Source: an uncultured Flavobacteriaceae bacterium (lineage in GTDB: Bacteria > Bacteroidota > Bacteroidia > Flavobacteriales > Flavobacteriaceae). From it: a DNA stretch of 64,000 nt. The position numbers and the translations under genes were made by a program. The stretch lies in the NCBI GenBank assembly GCA_964353005.1, contig CAYGUC010000008.1:17579-81578 (forward strand), read 5' to 3'. The notes beneath the pieces were generated by a model. That model did not search any database. It was given only the letters and a program-made list of their open reading frames with translations, and was not told the DNA's origin. Shown in pieces: positions 47,213-56,620 of the stretch (positions are counted from its first letter, which is position 1; every line of letters starts with the position of its first letter).

Positions 47213-47287
47213 CGGGGTGTAGCGTAGCCCGGTTATCGCGCCGCGTTTGGGACGCGGAGGTCGCAGGTTCGAATCCTGCCACCCCGA
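47213..47287 (+). tRNA. tRNA-Pro (anticodon TGG)
   Basis: Hand-folded 75-nt cloverleaf: acceptor CGGGGTG/CACCCCG, anticodon stem CCGCG/CGCGG, loop TTTGGGA, T-arm GCAGG TTCGAAT CCTGC. Confidence 0.9.
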
Positions 47288-47294
47288 CTAAGTT

Positions 47295-47331
47295 AAACCG
47301 TTCATTTTCAGTAGATAATGAACGGTTTTTT
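47295..47331 (+). terminator. Rho-independent terminator after tRNA-Pro(TGG)
   Basis: aaaccgttcatt / aatgaacggttt 12-bp stem followed by ttt. Confidence 0.8.
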
Positions 47332-47420
47332 AGTTATACATGTCAGGAATCAAGACCAATTGTTGTGTTTACACAAATATTCTGGTTAACATAAAGAGAA
47401 AAAATGGATTTAGAACATAA

Positions 47421-47927
47421 TTAAGCTGCTAGCTTAGGAGTGTTTGTATGTATAAAACTATTGATTATAGAAACCCACTTCTTTGCTCTTTTCAATTCTA
47501 AATCCTCTTTAGAAACTAAATTAATATCAAAAAAATTGAGAACTTCATGTTCTTTAGTGCTATTAATTATGGATATTTTTAAATCCATCTTTAATAGTAA
47601 CGATTCTTGTTTACCACTCCTTTTTATGTCTTTCATATTTTGCATAACTTCACATTTTATTACATTATCAAGATGTACTACTATTGTGTGGGTCTCTGTC
47701 TCCAAAAATTTCATAAAAAGTAATTTCCGTTTTTCGGTATCCAGACCTATAAAGTTATTTGCCCAATGTTCTTGTTGGGCTATTGTTAAATCATTATTTT
47801 TTGCTTCCTTATCAATTTTTTGAGTCATCGAAGAAACAAAATCTACTCCTGCTTTGTTAAACAATAAAAAAGGTATAAAAATTGCCAAAATTAGTAGTGC
47901 AGAAATAATAATAAAAAAAATATCCAT
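47421..47927 (-). CDS. Hypothetical membrane-anchored protein (168 aa)
   Basis: N-terminal TM (IFFIIISALLILAIFIPFLLF). No recognisable domain. Confidence 0.5.
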   Translation of the reverse strand: MDIFFIIISALLILAIFIPFLLFNKAGVDFVSSMTQKIDKEAKNNDLTIAQQEHWANNFIGLDTEKRKLLFMKFLETETHTIVVHLDNVIKCEVMQNMKDIKRSGKQESLLLKMDLKISIINSTKEHEVLNFFDINLVSKEDLELKRAKKWVSIINSFIHTNTPKLAA

Positions 47928-48439
47928 AGATTTATTTATAATTAAATTGTTAATGTTTTATAGCGACTTAAACTACGCTATTAATTTTTGTTTTGTTTAT
48001 TTTGTGTAATTAGAATAAATAGTTAAAACGAAGATTTTAACTGTAAAAAGCTTGACTAATAGAGTGCCATACCATATAGTTATCGAAGGTTTGAATTAAA
48101 ATATACTACAACTTTAATCTCTTCAAAACCACACTAAATGTACGATGAATTTTAGTTAAAAAAACGCTAAATTTATTTAGGGTGAGTATTATTTTTAAGC
48201 ATATATCTTTGAGTGTTTTTTTAAGTAAAAAACCTTATAGTAATCTCGATAAACATTCTTTTAAAATATAATTTTATTCAAAGTTCAATCTCAAAAACTT
48301 AATCTTTAATGAAGTGATTTTTTTTTGATCTTATACTGTCGTTAATTAATTGATAGAAAAATAACTTCTCCTTAAAATATTTTAAACATAAGACAATCTT
48401 GTTTTTTGTTTTTAAGGATAGACTATAATAGATTATTTT

Positions 48440-48880
48440 TTATTTATCAATTAATTGCCCTTTACATCCTTCAAGAATATAATTAAAATGCTCTATGTCA
48501 TCGGCATTCAACTTTAAAACTCCTGTTATAGAAACTATAGCATCTGTTTTAAAGGTTGGTTTATAAGCAAATTTTAATTCTATGGCAGTTTCTGGACCAC
48601 CAACTCCACAAAAAAAACAAGAAGACATGGGTCCTTTAGATAATATATATAATTTCTCCTTAGGGTCTACATTTAAAAAATAACCCGTAATCGTTACTTT
48701 CTTTCCTTCCAAATCCTTTACTGAAGGCAAAAATTCTGGATACAAAAAAGATTCTCCATAAGCAGGAAAAAACTTCTCTGTAAATTTTACCTGTGTTAGA
48801 TCTTTCCAAGTTATCTTCTGTTGGCTAAGACATATATAATACGATAAAAGGAAAGCTATAATTAAAATTTTATTTTTCAT
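48440..48880 (-). CDS. Secreted DUF3299-like protein (CFFCG motif)
   Basis: Signal peptide. The layout W.DL..V.F....P.F...V..L.GK.V.I.GY resembles DUF3299 as I recall it. Overlaps the permease gene by 11 bp. Confidence 0.55.
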   Translation of the reverse strand: MKNKILIIAFLLSYYICLSQQKITWKDLTQVKFTEKFFPAYGESFLYPEFLPSVKDLEGKKVTITGYFLNVDPKEKLYILSKGPMSSCFFCGVGGPETAIELKFAYKPTFKTDAIVSITGVLKLNADDIEHFNYILEGCKGQLIDK

Positions 48881-50072
48881 TGCTCAAAATAGTTGATATA
48901 TTCATTTTTATAATGGGGTATATGGCTAATAAAATAGAAAGTATTATCATAACAAACACCATTGCTCCTATTTGTAAGAATTCGTATAATGGCAGCTCTT
49001 GAAGTATATTTTGTTTATACTCTCTTTCTATAATTTCAAACATAAAGTATAGTCCTGCTTTCAATATAACAAACCCAAATATAAAAGCTAAAAGTATAAT
49101 TACCCCCCCTTGATAAGCCACCATCCGTATCAATTGAAAGTTACTCGCCCCATAAGTTCGTAACAGTGCCAAATCAAAAGCGCGTTCCTTTACCATTTTA
49201 TAAAAACCAATAAAAATGATGATACAAGAAATAACAAGAATTATATAAGCAATCCAAGAGATTGTTTTAAATCCAATACCTGTATATTGATATAATCTAT
49301 CCAACTCATATTTTGGTAATACTGCTTGCATATTTGTATGCGCATTGATTCTTCTGGGAAATGTTAAAAAAGCAGAAGGATTTCTAAAAGAAATCAACAG
49401 TGAGGTTATCTCTTTTTCTTCATGATGTTTGGTGTGATTTTCCTCTTTTTGATGTGCATGGTGATGAGTATCCCAAATGCTTTCTAGCTTAGTAATAATC
49501 AAACGATCTATTACTTTTTGAGTTGGCTTTAATATACCCACTACCGTTAGGTGCTCAGAATGCACATCTGTATCATTTTCAACTAACCCATGAGAACTTA
49601 AAAAAGTATCTCCTATTTTTAGATGTAGTTGTACTGCGACTGTATGCCCTATCACAACTTCCATAGATTTTTTTACTCCACGTCCTTTTTCTAATTTAGC
49701 ATTGTAAATAGCTGTAAAATTATCATTCGTTCCTATTATCCTATACCCTTTATAATTATCTCCATAAGAAATAGGAACCGCAGTTTTTATTAACGGGCTT
49801 TTACTTATTTTCTTTGCTTCTTCATATAAAATATTTCCTGTGGGATTATCTAAATGCAGTACAGAAGCCAAAACCAACTGTAACGGGCTTCCTTTGGCTC
49901 CAATAATCAAATCAATAGCTCCTAAATTATTTTCCTTTTGGTATTTAAATGAAGTTTTTAATTGTTGGATTCCTAAAAGAAGAGCTATACTTAAGGATAA
50001 CGTAAAGACACTTAAAAAAGCATCTAATGCCTTAGCTTTTATATTTTGCAGGCTGATCTTCCAAATCATCAT
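48870..50072 (-). CDS. FtsX/MacB-type ABC permease with a His-rich loop
   Basis: Four-TM FtsX-like topology. The loop is WDTHHHAHQKEENHTKHHEEKE. Overlaps the ATPase gene by 4 bp. Confidence 0.8.
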   Translation of the reverse strand: MMIWKISLQNIKAKALDAFLSVFTLSLSIALLLGIQQLKTSFKYQKENNLGAIDLIIGAKGSPLQLVLASVLHLDNPTGNILYEEAKKISKSPLIKTAVPISYGDNYKGYRIIGTNDNFTAIYNAKLEKGRGVKKSMEVVIGHTVAVQLHLKIGDTFLSSHGLVENDTDVHSEHLTVVGILKPTQKVIDRLIITKLESIWDTHHHAHQKEENHTKHHEEKEITSLLISFRNPSAFLTFPRRINAHTNMQAVLPKYELDRLYQYTGIGFKTISWIAYIILVISCIIIFIGFYKMVKERAFDLALLRTYGASNFQLIRMVAYQGGVIILLAFIFGFVILKAGLYFMFEIIEREYKQNILQELPLYEFLQIGAMVFVMIILSILLAIYPIIKMNISTILSNEK

Positions 50073-50698
50073 AATAGGATTGAATTTGAAAATAATGATT
50101 TAATCCTATGGTCATGTGTTATAACTATTAGATTAGCGTTAGTTCGCTTTGCTTGATCAATAAGCAGTTTAATAACCGTTTTACAGTTATAATCATCTAA
50201 ACTCGATGTAGGTTCATCTGCTAGAATAATCTGCGGACTATGTATTACTGATAATGCTATCCCCAATCGTTGTAATTGACCTTCACTAAGCTCATTAACT
50301 TTATTTTTTTTACAATCGCTCAAATCTAATTGTTTTAATAAAGCATCTATCGCTGCATCATTAATAGATCTTTTACTAAAAAAAAGACGAGCTCTTAAAT
50401 TATCAACAATGCTTAAAGACTGTACCGCATGTTTTTTTTGAAATACAAGCCCAATATTCTGTCCTCTAAACTTATCTAATCGACAGTTAGACAACGAATT
50501 GATATCTACAGCATCAATCACTACTTTTCCTTTAACAGGTATTAATAAACCAGACAGAAGATGCAAAAAAGTTGTTTTTCCTACTCCTGATTCACCTAAA
50601 ATAAGTAAGTTTTCTTGCTGCTTTAAATCTATGTTTGGGAATCTAAAAGTTCTCTCCTTTTTTTTATAATAAAATGTAAGATTATCTGTTTGTATCAT
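50069..50698 (-). CDS. ABC transporter ATP-binding protein (MacB/LolD-like)
   Basis: Walker A (GESGVGKTT), signature (LSEGQLQR), Walker B (ILADEPTSSLD). Confidence 0.9.
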   Translation of the reverse strand: MIQTDNLTFYYKKKERTFRFPNIDLKQQENLLILGESGVGKTTFLHLLSGLLIPVKGKVVIDAVDINSLSNCRLDKFRGQNIGLVFQKKHAVQSLSIVDNLRARLFFSKRSINDAAIDALLKQLDLSDCKKNKVNELSEGQLQRLGIALSVIHSPQIILADEPTSSLDDYNCKTVIKLLIDQAKRTNANLIVITHDHRIKSLFSNSILL

Positions 50699-50723
50699 AT
50701 TAAATTTTGTAAAATCCCATGTC

Positions 50724-51923
50724 TTATCTTGCTATAGGCCAGTAGTCTTCTTTTGGGAATAATTGTTTGTTCCAAAGTTGAACTTCCAAATCTGTAAGCA
50801 GACAATCCTGTAATTGATTTATGATTTTTTCTTTTTGAAGATATTGCCCAATAAATACCAATTCTATTTTTCTGTCTCCGTATAAAGTATGCCATTCTGA
50901 TTCTATTTGATTTCTATTTTCATTAAAAGCAGCATAACTAACTCGCTCTACAAAAGGCATAGATGCCCACCAAACCCCTGCACTATCGGCTTTAAAAGAT
51001 CCTCCTGCGGTACTCCAAATTAAAGCTTGATCAGACCTTGAAGCTAACCAAAATAACCCTTTGCTTCTAATAATGTTTTGAGGAAAATTTTCATTCAAAT
51101 ACTTTAAAAAACGATCGGGATGAAATGGTTTTTTACTCTTAAATACAAAAGAACCAATACCGTATTCTTCGGTCTCAGGAGTATGTTCGTTTTCAAGTTC
51201 TTTTATCCATCCGGCAGAAGCCTCTGCTTTTTCATAATCAAACAGACCTGTATTGATAATATTTTTAAGCTCAACCTTTGATTCGCTGGCAGGAATGATT
51301 AGAGCCTCGGGATTTAATTTTTGGAGGATAGCATAAAGCTCTTTAAGTTGTTCTTTGGTTATAAGATCAATTTTATTAATAATAATAACATTAGCAAATT
51401 CAATTTGATCGGTAAGCAAATTAACTATGGTTCTTTCATCTCCATCAATATTGGTAAGTGATCTTGTTGTAAGATAATCAGAACTAGAAAAATCTTTTAA
51501 GAAATTAAAAGCATCCACTACTGTTACCATAGTATCTACATAACTAAAACGACTTAAATCTATAGTACCATCTTCACTTTCAAACGTAAAGGTTTGAGCA
51601 ACAGGAACAGGCTCACTTATCCCAGTACTTTCTATCAGTAGGTAATCAAATTTATTTTGTTTCGCTAGCCTTTCAACTTCTACCATAAGATCTTCTCGCA
51701 GTGTGCAACAAATGCAACCGTTAGACATTTCCACTAATTTCTCTTCGGTTCTAGAGAGTGTATTTTCATTTTCAATAAATTGAGCATCAATATTGACTTC
51801 GCTCATATCATTTACAATAACAGCTACTTTTAAGCCTTCTTTATTGTGTAGTATATGATTTAATAATGTAGTTTTTCCAGCCCCCAGAAAACCACTCAAT
51901 ACGGTTACAGGTAGTTTTTTCAT
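50724..51923 (-). CDS. COG0523-family (CobW/ZigA/YeiR-like) metallochaperone GTPase
   Basis: P-loop [12 protein letters not shown], CxCC motif ([11 protein letters not shown]) and a C-terminal CobW_C-like domain. Confidence 0.85.
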   Translation of the reverse strand: MKKLPVTVLSGFLGAGKTTLLNHILHNKEGLKVAVIVNDMSEVNIDAQFIENENTLSRTEEKLVEMSNGCICCTLREDLMVEVERLAKQNKFDYLLIESTGISEPVPVAQTFTFESEDGTIDLSRFSYVDTMVTVVDAFNFLKDFSSSDYLTTRSLTNIDGDERTIVNLLTDQIEFANVIIINKIDLITKEQLKELYAILQKLNPEALIIPASESKVELKNIINTGLFDYEKAEASAGWIKELENEHTPETEEYGIGSFVFKSKKPFHPDRFLKYLNENFPQNIIRSKGLFWLASRSDQALIWSTAGGSFKADSAGVWWASMPFVERVSYAAFNENRNQIESEWHTLYGDRKIELVFIGQYLQKEKIINQLQDCLLTDLEVQLWNKQLFPKEDYWPIAR

Positions 51924-51967
51924 GTATTCAGTTTATGATTTATAAAGCAAACTATTATGTTTGTGAT

Positions 51968-52144
51968 TTAACCCAGATTATGCAGTAGAACTTCGTTATG
52001 AAGCTTTGAGATACTAATGAACACTGTTGTTTTCTTACTTTTAGCATAGCAGCGCTATGGTTAAAGTGAAAAACAAAGCAAGGCGACAGTGTTTGCAGTA
52101 GATCACAGATGAAATAGATTTTCTATTGCATAATCTGAGTTTAA
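51968..52144. repeat. Long imperfect palindromic element of about 175 bp (MITE-like or structured RNA)
   Basis: Termini ttaacccagattatgcagtagaa (51968-51990) and ttctattgcataatctgagtttaa (52121-52144) are inverted repeats. Internal arms also pair (aacactgt/acagtgtt, tagcatagc/gctatggtta). Confidence 0.7.
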
Positions 52145-52170
52145 CTTTGGTAATATGTATTTTATAATCA

Positions 52171-52240
52171 ACAGCCTCGGAAAAATCTCACGAGGTATGC
52201 TTTTCAAAATATATTTTGTTTTCGAGACAAGTCTCGTCTC
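52171..52240. repeat. Mosaic intergenic repeat element (copy 3, partial)
   Basis: Shares ctcacgaggtatgctt and aaaatatattttgtttt.gag.caagtctcg modules with 20349-20365 and 20584-20615. Confidence 0.75.
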
Positions 52241-52542
52241 CCAATAAGGAGTTAAAAGCAAGAAGTAAAGGGATAGAAGTCATTTCGAAGTACAAAAGCC
52301 TTTCTAGGATTATTCATACAAAAAACCTAAAAAGGAAACTATTTTAGAGAATTTAAAATAGTAATTAAATTTTATATTTATAATAGCACAATAATGAACC
52401 CCCAATTATTAAAACCTGATATTACTATAAATTTTCAACTTTTATTTTTGAACAGATTAAATTGCTCCTTAAAAGCTAATGTGAAAATAAATAATATAAA
52501 ATTTTAACTCTCTCTACTACTCATTGAAATTGTAAAGAAAAT

Positions 52543-52851
52543 TTATAGTAAAGAAGGAGGTGGCCGAGAAAAGAGCTGATCTGAAGCAATAGCGCCAGAG
52601 ATAATAAAACTATAATTTTTAGTTATCTCTATCTGTGAAATAGTCTTAATATTATTAATCGTAAGACCATTTAAATCAGGAGTAAGTGCAGGGATTAAAT
52701 TGTGCGTAATAGCATGGTCGCAAACAGTACAATGTATCACATTATCCTTATCATCTGAATGTAATAATACATGAAGCCCTGCAATTTTCATGGAAAGAAA
52801 AAGTACAAGTAACAGATAGGTAATGCTATTTTTTAACCGACCATTTTTCAT
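52543..52851 (-). CDS. Small membrane-anchored His/Cys-motif protein (102 aa from the ATG at 52851), paralog of 24861-25208
   Basis: TM (ITYLLLVLFLSM), then GLHVLLHSD...CTVCDH and a C-terminal RPPPSLL. Confidence 0.55.
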   Translation of the reverse strand: MKNGRLKNSITYLLLVLFLSMKIAGLHVLLHSDDKDNVIHCTVCDHAITHNLIPALTPDLNGLTINNIKTISQIEITKNYSFIISGAIASDQLFSRPPPSLL

Positions 52852-53115
52852 TAAACACAAACTTAATAAAATTAACGAAACCTTTTAGCAACAAACGTAT
52901 AATAAAAACTTTTTGTGCTTGATTTTCATCTCGCTGTTTTCTACTTTAAAGTAAAGTCATAAAGGTGATTTTTATCATTTTAATTGCTCTATTACACCTC
53001 TATTTTTATCTGGTAATTTCAAAAAACACTCTCCAATTTAGTTACTGTGTAACAAAAGTTACTGTATTCTATATACATACATAGTAATTTTAGGATAGAA
53101 TTAAACACACACACA

Positions 53116-54537
53116 ATGAAAATAGAACAAATTTACACAGGTTGTTTAGCACAAGGTGCTTATTACATAGAAAGTAATGGGGAAGCAGCAATAATTGACC
53201 CTTTAAGAGAAGTTGATCCTTATATTAAAATGGCAGAAGATCGAAATGCCACCATAAAATACATTTTTGAAACACATTTTCACGCAGACTTTGTTTCTGG
53301 ACATATTGATTTGGCAAAGAAAACAGGAGCAGATATTGTATATGGACCAACTACTATGGAGACAGGGTTTAGTAAAATTACAGCCAAAGATGGAGAGGAA
53401 TTTAAGTTAGGTAACATTACCATTAAACTAATACATACTCCCGGACATACTATGGAAAGTAGTTGTTACCTTTTGATTGATGAAAACGGTAAAGAAACCT
53501 CTCTTTTTACAGGAGACACTTTATTTATAGGCGACGTTGGTCGTCCCGATCTTGCTCAGAAAGTAATATCTGAGCTTACGCAAGAAAAATTAGCAGCACA
53601 TTTATTTGACTCTTTGCGAAATAAAATAATGCCATTAAGTGATGATCTTATTGTATATCCTGGGCACGGAGCAGGAAGTGCTTGTGGAAAAATGATGAGC
53701 GATGCAACTACAGATACTTTAGGAAACCAAAAACAAACAAATTATGCACTAAGAGCAGATATGACCAAGGATGCATTTATAGATGCTGTTTTGACAGGAT
53801 TAACACCTCCTCCTGGTTATTTTCCTCAAAATGTTTTAATGAATATACAAGGGTATCAAAATATTGATGACGTTGTTAAAAAAGGAACATTACCATTAAA
53901 TCCAAATGATTTTGAAACTACCGCAAAAAAGACTCAAGCAATACTTATAGATACCAGAGATGCGCAAGATTTTGCAAAAGCATTTATTGCCGGATCTTAT
54001 AACATAGGAATAGACGGAAGCTTTGCTAATTGGGTAGGTACTACCATTATTAATACAAAGCAACCTTTACTTATCATTGCAGAACAAGGTCGCGAAGAAG
54101 AAGTTGCTACTCGTTTAGCCAGAATTGGTTTTGACAATACCTTGGGCTATCTAAAAGGTGGAATCGACGCTTGGATAAATGCAGGAAAACAAATAGAAAC
54201 GATTATCTCTATTACTGCTGAAAACTTAGCTGATAAAAGACAGGAAGAGGATATACAAATATTAGATGTACGCCGAGCAAGTGAATATAATAGTGAGCAT
54301 ATAGAAAATGCAGTAAATACTCCTTTGGATTATCTGGAAAACAGCATTAAAAAAATTGATAAAAATAAAACATATTATGTACACTGCCGTAGCGGATATC
54401 GCTCTATGGTTTTTGTATCTATCCTAAAATCTAAAGGATATCACAATCTAATAGATGTAAAAGGTGGAATCCAGGCAATCAAAGACACTAAAAAGTTTAA
54501 ATTTTCAGAATATACTTCTCCAACTACAATGCTATAA
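53116..54537 (+). CDS. Persulfide-dioxygenase-type MBL-fold hydrolase fused to two rhodanese domains
   Basis: MBL motif (ETHFHADFVSGH), with the later HTPGHT and PGHGAGS. Rhodanese active-site loop HCRSGYRS. Confidence 0.85.
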   Translation: MKIEQIYTGCLAQGAYYIESNGEAAIIDPLREVDPYIKMAEDRNATIKYIFETHFHADFVSGHIDLAKKTGADIVYGPTTMETGFSKITAKDGEEFKLGNITIKLIHTPGHTMESSCYLLIDENGKETSLFTGDTLFIGDVGRPDLAQKVISELTQEKLAAHLFDSLRNKIMPLSDDLIVYPGHGAGSACGKMMSDATTDTLGNQKQTNYALRADMTKDAFIDAVLTGLTPPPGYFPQNVLMNIQGYQNIDDVVKKGTLPLNPNDFETTAKKTQAILIDTRDAQDFAKAFIAGSYNIGIDGSFANWVGTTIINTKQPLLIIAEQGREEEVATRLARIGFDNTLGYLKGGIDAWINAGKQIETIISITAENLADKRQEEDIQILDVRRASEYNSEHIENAVNTPLDYLENSIKKIDKNKTYYVHCRSGYRSMVFVSILKSKGYHNLIDVKGGIQAIKDTKKFKFSEYTSPTTML

Positions 54538-54559
54538 CAAATCATTAAAAAATAAAATC

Positions 54560-55225
54560 ATGGAAACTACACCAATAGAAACAAACAGATTACCAGGAAT
54601 AGGAGATGATGCTCCAGATTTTGAAGCAATTACAACACATGGCAAATTAAAACTATCTGAATTTGCAGAAAAAAAATGGGTTGTTTTATTCTCACACCCT
54701 GCAGATTTCACCCCCGTATGCACTACAGAATTAAGTGGCTTTGCAGAAAAAAAACCAGACTTTACCTCTTTAAACACAAAACTTATAGGTCTTAGTATCG
54801 ATAGTATTCACTCACATTTGGCTTGGGTAAATAATGTACATGAAAAAACGAATGTATACTTTGATTTTCCAATAATAGCAGACATCGATATGAAAGTTGC
54901 TAAATTATATGGTATGCTACAACCTAATGAAAGTGAAACCGCTGCAGTAAGAGCTGTATTCTTTATAGATCCAAATATGAAAATAAGACTTATCATGTAC
55001 TACCCTCTTACTGTTGGCAGAAACATGAATGAAATCTTAAGAGTATTAGAGGCCTTACAAGTATCTGACGAACATAAAGTAGCTTTACCTCTAAATTGGA
55101 AAAAAGGAGATAAAGTAATTATTCCTCCCCCAAAAACTTTAGCAGAAATGAAAAATAGAATTGAAGATACCTCGTGCGAAAAAGTAGATTTTTATCTGGC
55201 AAAAAAAGATTTAAAACTAGACTAA
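54560..55225 (+). CDS. Peroxiredoxin (Prx6-like 1-Cys type)
   Basis: Motif FSHPADFTPVCTTEL. The ATG at 54560 (METTPIE...) is preferred over the track start at 54464, which would overlap the previous gene. Confidence 0.85.
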   Translation: METTPIETNRLPGIGDDAPDFEAITTHGKLKLSEFAEKKWVVLFSHPADFTPVCTTELSGFAEKKPDFTSLNTKLIGLSIDSIHSHLAWVNNVHEKTNVYFDFPIIADIDMKVAKLYGMLQPNESETAAVRAVFFIDPNMKIRLIMYYPLTVGRNMNEILRVLEALQVSDEHKVALPLNWKKGDKVIIPPPKTLAEMKNRIEDTSCEKVDFYLAKKDLKLD

Positions 55226-56472
55226 TGAATATGCATTATCAAATACTTGTTATTGGAGGAGGAACTGCAGGGATCATGACCGCAAGTAGTCTTCTTAAAA
55301 AGAACTCAAAACTTAGCATAGGGATTATAGAACCCTCAGAAACACATTGGTATCAGCCAGCATGGACACTTGTTGGCGGAGGTACTTATAGCTATGAAAA
55401 AACTCAACGACCAATGCAATCTGTAGTTCCTAAAAATGCAATATGGATAAAAGACAGGGTGATTTCTATAGACCCTAATCAAAATAGTGTAGATACAAAC
55501 CTTAACAAAAAGTATACGTATGACTTTCTAATAGTTGCTCCCGGATTAAAATTAGACACCTCTTTGGTAGAAGGATTACCAGAAAGTATCGATAAAGGAG
55601 TAGTTTGTAGTAACTATACCAATCCTAATCACACTTGGGATGTTATAAAAAACTTTAAAGGAGGCGTTGCTTTGTTTACACAACCTCCAAAACCATATAA
55701 ATGCGGTGGCGCTCCACAAAAAATAATGTATCTGGCGGATGATTATTTTGCAAAAAATGGTGTTAAAAATAATACTAAGGTAGTATACGCAAGCGCTTCA
55801 GATAGTATTTTTGCTGTACCAGAAATAGCAAAAACTTTAATAAAGGTTATCGACAGAAAAGGGATTGGTATTAAATTTAACCATGAACTTAAAAAAATAG
55901 AAAGTGATAAACAAATCGCTTGGTTTAAAGTAAGTCCTGATTATAAAGAACATAATCCTATAGAATTAGATATTCTTCAAGAAAAAGAATTAATAGGAAT
56001 CCGATATGATATGTTACACTTGGTTCCCCCCAATACACCTCCAGACTTTATTAAAGACTCTGTATTAAGTGATTCTACTGGTTGGATGGATGTAGACCAA
56101 TATACGTTACAACATAAAGAATATCCTAACATATTTGGCCTAGGGGATGTTACTAATGTACCTACATCCAAAACAGGAGCAGCAATACGAAAACAAGCCC
56201 CTGTTGTTGTTCACAATATTCTCGAATTAATTACATCTCAAAAACTAGACACTATAAAATACGATGGGTATTCTTCTTGTCCTTTTATTACGGGATATGG
56301 CAAAATGGTATTGGCAGAATTTGACTATACCAAAAAGTTTACTCCAGATCCAAAATTAAAAAAAATGTGGATCAAAGATTCTTCAAAAGAACATTGGAGA
56401 CTTTGGATTTTAAAAAAATATATACTACCATATTTATATTGGAATAAGATGTTAAAAGGAAAAGAAGTATAA
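55225..56472 (+). CDS. sqr: Type II sulfide:quinone oxidoreductase
   Basis: FAD motif (ILVIGGGTAGI) and redox-Cys motifs (YKCGGAPQKIMYL and SSCPFITGYGK). The ATG overlaps the prx stop (taATG). Confidence 0.8.
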   Translation: MNMHYQILVIGGGTAGIMTASSLLKKNSKLSIGIIEPSETHWYQPAWTLVGGGTYSYEKTQRPMQSVVPKNAIWIKDRVISIDPNQNSVDTNLNKKYTYDFLIVAPGLKLDTSLVEGLPESIDKGVVCSNYTNPNHTWDVIKNFKGGVALFTQPPKPYKCGGAPQKIMYLADDYFAKNGVKNNTKVVYASASDSIFAVPEIAKTLIKVIDRKGIGIKFNHELKKIESDKQIAWFKVSPDYKEHNPIELDILQEKELIGIRYDMLHLVPPNTPPDFIKDSVLSDSTGWMDVDQYTLQHKEYPNIFGLGDVTNVPTSKTGAAIRKQAPVVVHNILELITSQKLDTIKYDGYSSCPFITGYGKMVLAEFDYTKKFTPDPKLKKMWIKDSSKEHWRLWILKKYILPYLYWNKMLKGKEV

Positions 56473-56620
56473 AATAGATTTCTAATTTTAATTAAAAAAG
56501 TTTCTTACTTTGCATTAAAGAGGTAAACATATCTTTTAGAGCTTGTTTAAAAACAAGCTCTAAATGCTAAGTAATATTTTGAGTAGTACCAAAAAGAATT
56601 GTCTTAAATAAAATTATGTA

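Noticed and set aside
50695-50895. 66-aa minus-strand ORF
   Set aside because: It lies in an alternative frame over the 3' end of the COG0523 gene and the intergenic gap. The composition is arbitrary and it has no independent space.
54464-54559. N-terminal 32-aa extension of the peroxiredoxin ORF
   Set aside because: It would overlap the preceding MBL-rhodanese gene by 74 bp. The conserved peroxiredoxin sequence begins after the internal ATG at 54560.
55174-55224. N-terminal 17-aa extension of the SQR ORF
   Set aside because: It overlaps the peroxiredoxin 3' end. The FAD-binding fold starts right after the Met at 55225, which overlaps the prx stop codon.
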